Shown here: positions 60,701-64,000 of the stretch, piece after piece
How positions within the stretch are numbered: position 1 is the stretch's first letter
How the letters are laid out: each line of letters begins with the position of its first letter
Assembly: GCA_043228905.1 (NCBI GenBank)
Contig: JBHGNT010000013.1
Location: forward strand, 13,516,001-13,580,000
Direction: 5' to 3'
DNA: 64,000 nucleotides
DNA from: Azolla caroliniana
Taxonomy: Eukaryota > Plantae > Polypodiophyta
Made by a program: the position numbers and the translations under genes
Notes under the pieces: generated by a model
What the model saw: only the letters and a program-made list of their open reading frames with translations
Told to the model about the DNA's origin: nothing
Databases searched by the model: none

Positions 60701-61262
60701 GGCAGACCGGACCACGCACAGTTCGGTAACCGGGTACATGCCGACAGAGCTCATGTTCGGCCAGAAGCCGATCATGCCGATTGAACGGACGATCTCCTCG
60801 TGGGCAACGGTCGACTGGAGGAACGAGATGAGCCGGGAGGAGTTGTTGGCCGCGCGTATACGACAGCTCGAGCGGAGACCGGAGGACGTGGCACTGGCTA
60901 CGGAGAAGCTCCGGGTGGCGAGGACAAAGAACAAAGCCCGGTTCGACCGAACGCACCGGCTCCGACCGAAGAAAATCGAAGAAGATGACTGGGTGCTCGT
61001 CTACGACAGCAGCCTCGACAACCAGCACCGAGCCACACGGAAGTTCGCACGAAGGTGGTTCGGGCCTTACGTGGTACGGAGCGCCAATGACAACGGGACA
61101 TATCACCTGGCGGAACTCGACGGTACGAGAGTAGCGATACCCGTGGCCGGGAAGAGGATCAAAGCTTTCAAGAAGCGGCACGACGACGAACCCGACCCGA
61201 TTCTCCTGGACAGCAGCGACGACCGATCCGAGGCCGAGGAAGGGCCGGCAGGCGACGAGTAA
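57768..61262 (+). CDS. pol: Pol (RT-RNase H-integrase), open in the -1 frame from 57768
   Basis: YSNRWFTVPKK, LPQGGTNS, FLDD, VDTGP, HHCC, YNPEANGKVER, WFGPY. No stop between 57768 and 57999 (read by hand). Confidence 0.93.
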   Translation, partial: PRGFLERTAKAWGRDSPDAPGKPHICTIKPCTTGRVFCFSDSGACTIVGIGGREKTKAEGRLRACGVLGPGEEISGAVEAVSFDDTLGTLGKVVEEGLNEDRTIRVCSEEMYGVIADFGRGLESVRTAHVGTKYKTVDRKVRPVAAPLPEDSASRIKGVASDPSLRDPACIGHTFTDETLRELKIGGGGFLLPAEEDQFRGMLGRHGKAFAFSPEEIGCVDSTIVEPMVIFTVPHVPWNLKPIPVPRAHIPKLMELLRQKVDMGILEPSSAPYSNRWFTVPKKNGSLRFIQDLQPVNRVTIRNAGIGPTIDEFAEAFAGRSIYSVGDLYSGYDQFQLAVESRDITTMRTPLGLVRMCTLPQGGTNSVAHMVNAMNKVLRDCIPDITMPFLDDIPIKGCPVEEKDETIGPDGCRRFVATHIDDCEKVLQRLEDARLTFSGEKSAFGQSEIMVVGHLCGPYGRKPSPAKVEAISAMKPDCSSVTEVRRFLGACAFYHIWIPHYAHVAEPLYGLLRRGRRFEWLDEHAESVRKLKEALAAAPALRKAVYGKGTPVFITVDTGPTGIGWVVNQEDEDGNRFPIRFGAKVLSERQRGYAQVKRELWGIVSAVKADKDYLIGAEVIIETDCLPILGMVSGCATPDLAMLRWIAYIKSLDPEIRHISGKDNAMADMLSRARFDDEGGMVSEDEEVGVDFFEAAYVTTDGMSTPALNEFDASKYDGEWLQIGGFLKTMTPDASWTKDEANRIRKKAYRFFLRDGYLWKHPKKRNGVPLRVVARKEEQEELLAAHHDSPWAGHRGTWATFEKLKGKYWWPGLYRDVHRFVSTCESCQMHSIVRHRDGLRPTYPPAIHFKWMVDLVTMPMGVGQMRYLVLAREDLTNQVEGRALQNKTTAAVCRFLIEDVICRYGCVGKIVADRGELDAEEAAELFDRLGVKLSLTTAYNPEANGKVERGHGPIVKALVRACGGRIGDWPRLLPYALWADRTTHSSVTGYMPTELMFGQKPIMPIERTISSWATVDWRNEMSREELLAARIRQLERRPEDVALATEKLRVARTKNKARFDRTHRLRPKKIEEDDWVLVYDSSLDNQHRATRKFARRWFGPYVVRSANDNGTYHLAELDGTRVAIPVAGKRIKAFKKRHDDEPDPILLDSSDDRSEAEEGPAGDE
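57774..57839 (+). promoter_or_regulatory. Putative -1 ribosomal frameshift signal (G GAT TTT plus H-type pseudoknot)
   Basis: Slippery heptamer directly before the ORF1 TAG. Stems GGACTG/CAGTCC and GTGGGG/CCCCAC. Confidence 0.75.
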
Positions 61263-61334
61263 AGGCGGGCCGGTTTTCTCCGTGCCAACTTAATTTGGCG
61301 CATGCCGGTGGATGCGCGGTTAGGTGGGGGCGGA

Positions 61335-62014
61335 TGTCGTGAAGAAAACCGCCCACAAGAGGAATCGGAGGAGCAAGGCGTGGGAAACGGCTCTACACAC
61401 ACACGCGCGCCAAGAAGTACCTAAGGACGAAGTAGGTACATACGAGGATCCGAGGTGGGAGATTCGGTTGGTATGCAGTTAATGCCAAACGGCCTCCTGA
61501 CGGGCTATAAAAAGGAGGAGGAAGAATAGAAAAAGGTATCTCGCGCGGAGAGGACGAAGTGCTGCCGGACCGTTTCTGGGCGTTTCTCTCTCTCTCTCTC
61601 TGTGTTTCCTTCCTTCTCGAGCTCCATAGCTTCTGTACAGGGTTCTGAGGAGGCTCGCGCTGTTTCGAGGAACGCCCGAGTGCTTCCGGCAGCACCTCCG
61701 ACCTGCTACCCCGTTTGTGTTTCGAAGCGAACAGGCATCGGCATCTGTTCGCCGGCCTGTTCGGTTGTAAACAACCTGTGCCCCATCGAGGGTTGTAGTC
61801 GTGTTAGCCATTTTTGTTAATACACTTATTTAGTCATTCGCATCTGTCTGTGTCGGTGTCTGTTCGCGTTCTCCGTGCTGAAGGGCCGTGTCCCTGCGTA
61901 TCCCCGGTCCTGCGTAGCCGGTTCTCTCTCTTTCTCCTCCCTTGCTTGCTCTTTGGTTCGAGACCCCCGCGGTCCCGCCTCATTTTCACACGCACTTGCG
62001 TAATTATCTCGACA
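61335..62014 (+). repeat. 3' LTR of the young Gypsy
   Basis: Direct repeat of 54933-55612, followed by TSD ACGT. Confidence 0.97.
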
Positions 62015-62645
62015 ACGTAGGTCTTGAGAAAACGGGGAAGCGGGCAAGTCTAGCGAACGAGAAAGAGTAAGAGAGTCACGCGTAGACACAGACACGGACA
62101 AAGACACTGAGAACCAAGTATGTTAGGTAGCAAGAGTTCTATTAAAACACAGGTGCACAGTGCTGTGAGCGGTTACAGCCGGATCAGAGCCGGTGATGGA
62201 GCACGGAGCTTTGGCAAACAGCCAGGTACAAAGAGACGTCGGTGCGCAGAAGGTCGATCCCTGGGTCGGGAGCACTCTGGCGTCTGACGCGAGGAGGGGA
62301 AGCGCCTTCTTCCTCGGTCAGTCCTCGGACGTTCTTTGTCTATCCTTTCCTCTAGATGGCATTCTGAAAGACAGTCAAAGGTCGCCCCTTTTATAGCACA
62401 AGGAGCGACCGTTACAAGCATTCATGACCCATCACTTTTTCGTCCTAGATTCTCTCCTCGTAACTCCCCCTACTTATGCGATGTCTATATATTCTTTAAT
62501 GCTTTAACTACCTAGTACCCCTCCTTATACTCATGGTTAGTAGTTATCTTATTTAATTCCCCTCGAGGCGTGCACTCGCATATACTGATATTCCTGTGCG
62601 TTTCACCTTGTTTCCGCTTATGGCCCGGAATCTTCACAACAACGG

Positions 62646-63039
62646 GAGATCCATTGATATACCCTTTTGCACATAGTAAATCATTGGGACCCAAGACATA
62701 GTGAGGGAAAGAAGATTGATAATTACTTAAATGATGTGTATAGACTTGAAGGACATTAGGAATCTGACCTTTATGGTCTACAGCTTTAGCTTTGTTGTCG
62801 TGCTTTTTTCGTTGGAGCTTTCGACATTGTTCTTTTGTATGACCCTTCTTTTTGTAGAATACGCAAAAAGGATGTTGTCGCTTACAATCGCGATCCATGA
62901 ATTCGTTGGGTGTCTTGCGTTTCCCAATGAATTGCGACTGCTTAGTCCCGGGCGCTTCATTGGGTTTGTTGTGGTCCTTCTTCGAAGTGCGTTGACTATG
63001 GGACTTAGCCAACAGGAAGGTCATTCGGAGTTGAGACAT
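62646..63039 (-). pseudogene. Chromovirus gag C-terminus (degenerate knuckle) and protease start
   Basis: CVFYKKKGHTKEQC...KGYINGSP joins the protease at 54830. Confidence 0.75.
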
Positions 63040-64000
63040 TGTCTTTTGTTGATCATACGATCGTCGACAAGGAGTGCGAATGGTGTATCATCGGTGCACG
63101 GCTTAGAGAGCATGAGAGAGAGAGAGAGAGAGAGAGATTAAACCTTGATAACTTCAATTACTATAGGGATTAAAACTTCAATATAACTAAAATATCTAAA
63201 AATATAATGAGAAAGGGAGAGAGGGCTAGTCATTAAGTATTAATTAAAAAGACTAAATCAAATGTTACTAACATGTTAAGAGAGAGAGAGAGAGAGAGTG
63301 ATTAAGAGCAAAGCTATTACTAATTATCATTAAGATTGAAAAAGAAATTACATGGGGATATGGTCATGAGCAAACTAGTTTCGCCCACTACAGGGCTCAT
63401 CAGTGCTAAAATGACCATTAGGGGTGGATAGGTTTATATAAGGAGTTTTAGGAGAGGGTTTAGAGAAATGACAATAGGGAGTGGGGGTGTGTGCTTATGG
63501 ATATGATTTGAAAAGGGGAAGATTTGGAGAAGAAGGAAAAGGATATTATGAGCCTATAATGTTAAGATTATAGACCTTACGGTCGGAACAAGGAGTGCAA
63601 AATGGGGGGTCATTGGTGGGTAGAGGTTGGAGAAGATGTTAGAGAGGAGGAATACCAAGGTCGATTGGAGTGCACATGAATCGTGAAAGTGCTTGGTGTA
63701 GAGGAGGAAGGCGAGAGTGGGGATAGAAGATTAAGTTTAGGATTAAAACTAAAATTAAAAAAATGAGATTAAAGAACATAATTAAAAAATGGGAGTAAAG
63801 AACATAATTAAAAAACCGAGAGGGGAGAGAATTAACATGCTAAGGCTAAACATAAACACTAATGAAAACAATTAACACATAAAACTAACCCTAAAAATAA
63901 AATAAAAATAAAAAACTAAAAACGTAATCATAAAACTAGAAACATAAACCTAAAATAAGGTAAAGGGAGGGTAGTGGGTGAGAGAGGGGGAGAGAAAGAT

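Larger units (their letters stand above)
54933..62014 (+). mobile_element. Intact, very young non-chromoviral Ty3/Gypsy (tRNA-Trp primed, 4-bp TSD)
   Basis: 680-bp LTRs at 54933-55612 and 61335-62014 with no difference seen, TSD ACGT, PBS 55617-55634, PPT 61322-61334, two long open frames. Confidence 0.97.
54831..62641 (-). repeat. Solo LTR (about 725 bp net: 54831-54932 plus 62019-62641) of the Trp-primed Gypsy lineage
   Basis: Minus-strand termini TGTTGTGAAGA...CTCGACA, shared GGTTCGAGACCCCCG motif, 4-bp TSD ATGG/ACGG. It interrupts the chromovirus protease. Confidence 0.85.
35578..63110 (-). mobile_element. Ty3/Gypsy chromovirus (group II-like chromodomain) split by nested insertions (35578-38945, 54418-54830, 62646 onward); 5' LTR not seen
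   Basis: 3' LTR 35578-36034 (TGTTA...TAACA) and PPT AGAGGGGGAGTA. The protease rejoins across the solo LTR (GYINGSP|VQFLFDSGS). Right limit is uncertain. Confidence 0.85.

Overview
The window is almost entirely nested retrotransposons, with no recognisable host gene. The lineages (Tcn1-like chromovirus, Trp-primed non-chromoviral Gypsy, RTEX-like LINE) suggest heterochromatin of a non-seed land plant such as a bryophyte; this is an inference. LEFT NEST (1-29.4 kb): an old minus-strand RTEX-like LINE is split by four LTR elements: a Tcn1-like Gypsy (1-3349), Copia-1 (4823-10391), Copia-2 (11225-16954) and a gag-only Gypsy (17436-29120). The gag-only Gypsy itself carries a younger fragment of the same LINE family and Copia-3 (19793-25460). 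MIDDLE: a decayed L1 (about 29.8-35.3 kb) and a cut Copia LTR. RIGHT NEST (35.6-64 kb): a minus-strand chromovirus is split by a large Gypsy with an extra ORF (38946-54412, containing Copia-4 at 44593-49962) and by a solo LTR (54831-62641). An apparently intact, very young Gypsy (54933-62014) sits inside that solo LTR. Main unexplained signals: (1) LINE ORF1 and ORF2 are in frame across AAA-TAG-GGA, followed by a segment complementary to the LINE 3' UTR hairpin, resembling virus-type readthrough; (2) a Gypsy has a tRNA-3'-end sequence where its polypurine tract should be, giving two inward-facing PBSs; (3) three insertions of one Gypsy lineage all made CpG-centred 4-bp TSDs; (4) a -1 frameshift site with a pseudoknot lies between protease and RT; (5) a tRNA-like A/B box lies inside a Gypsy LTR. 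All boundaries and identities were read by eye.
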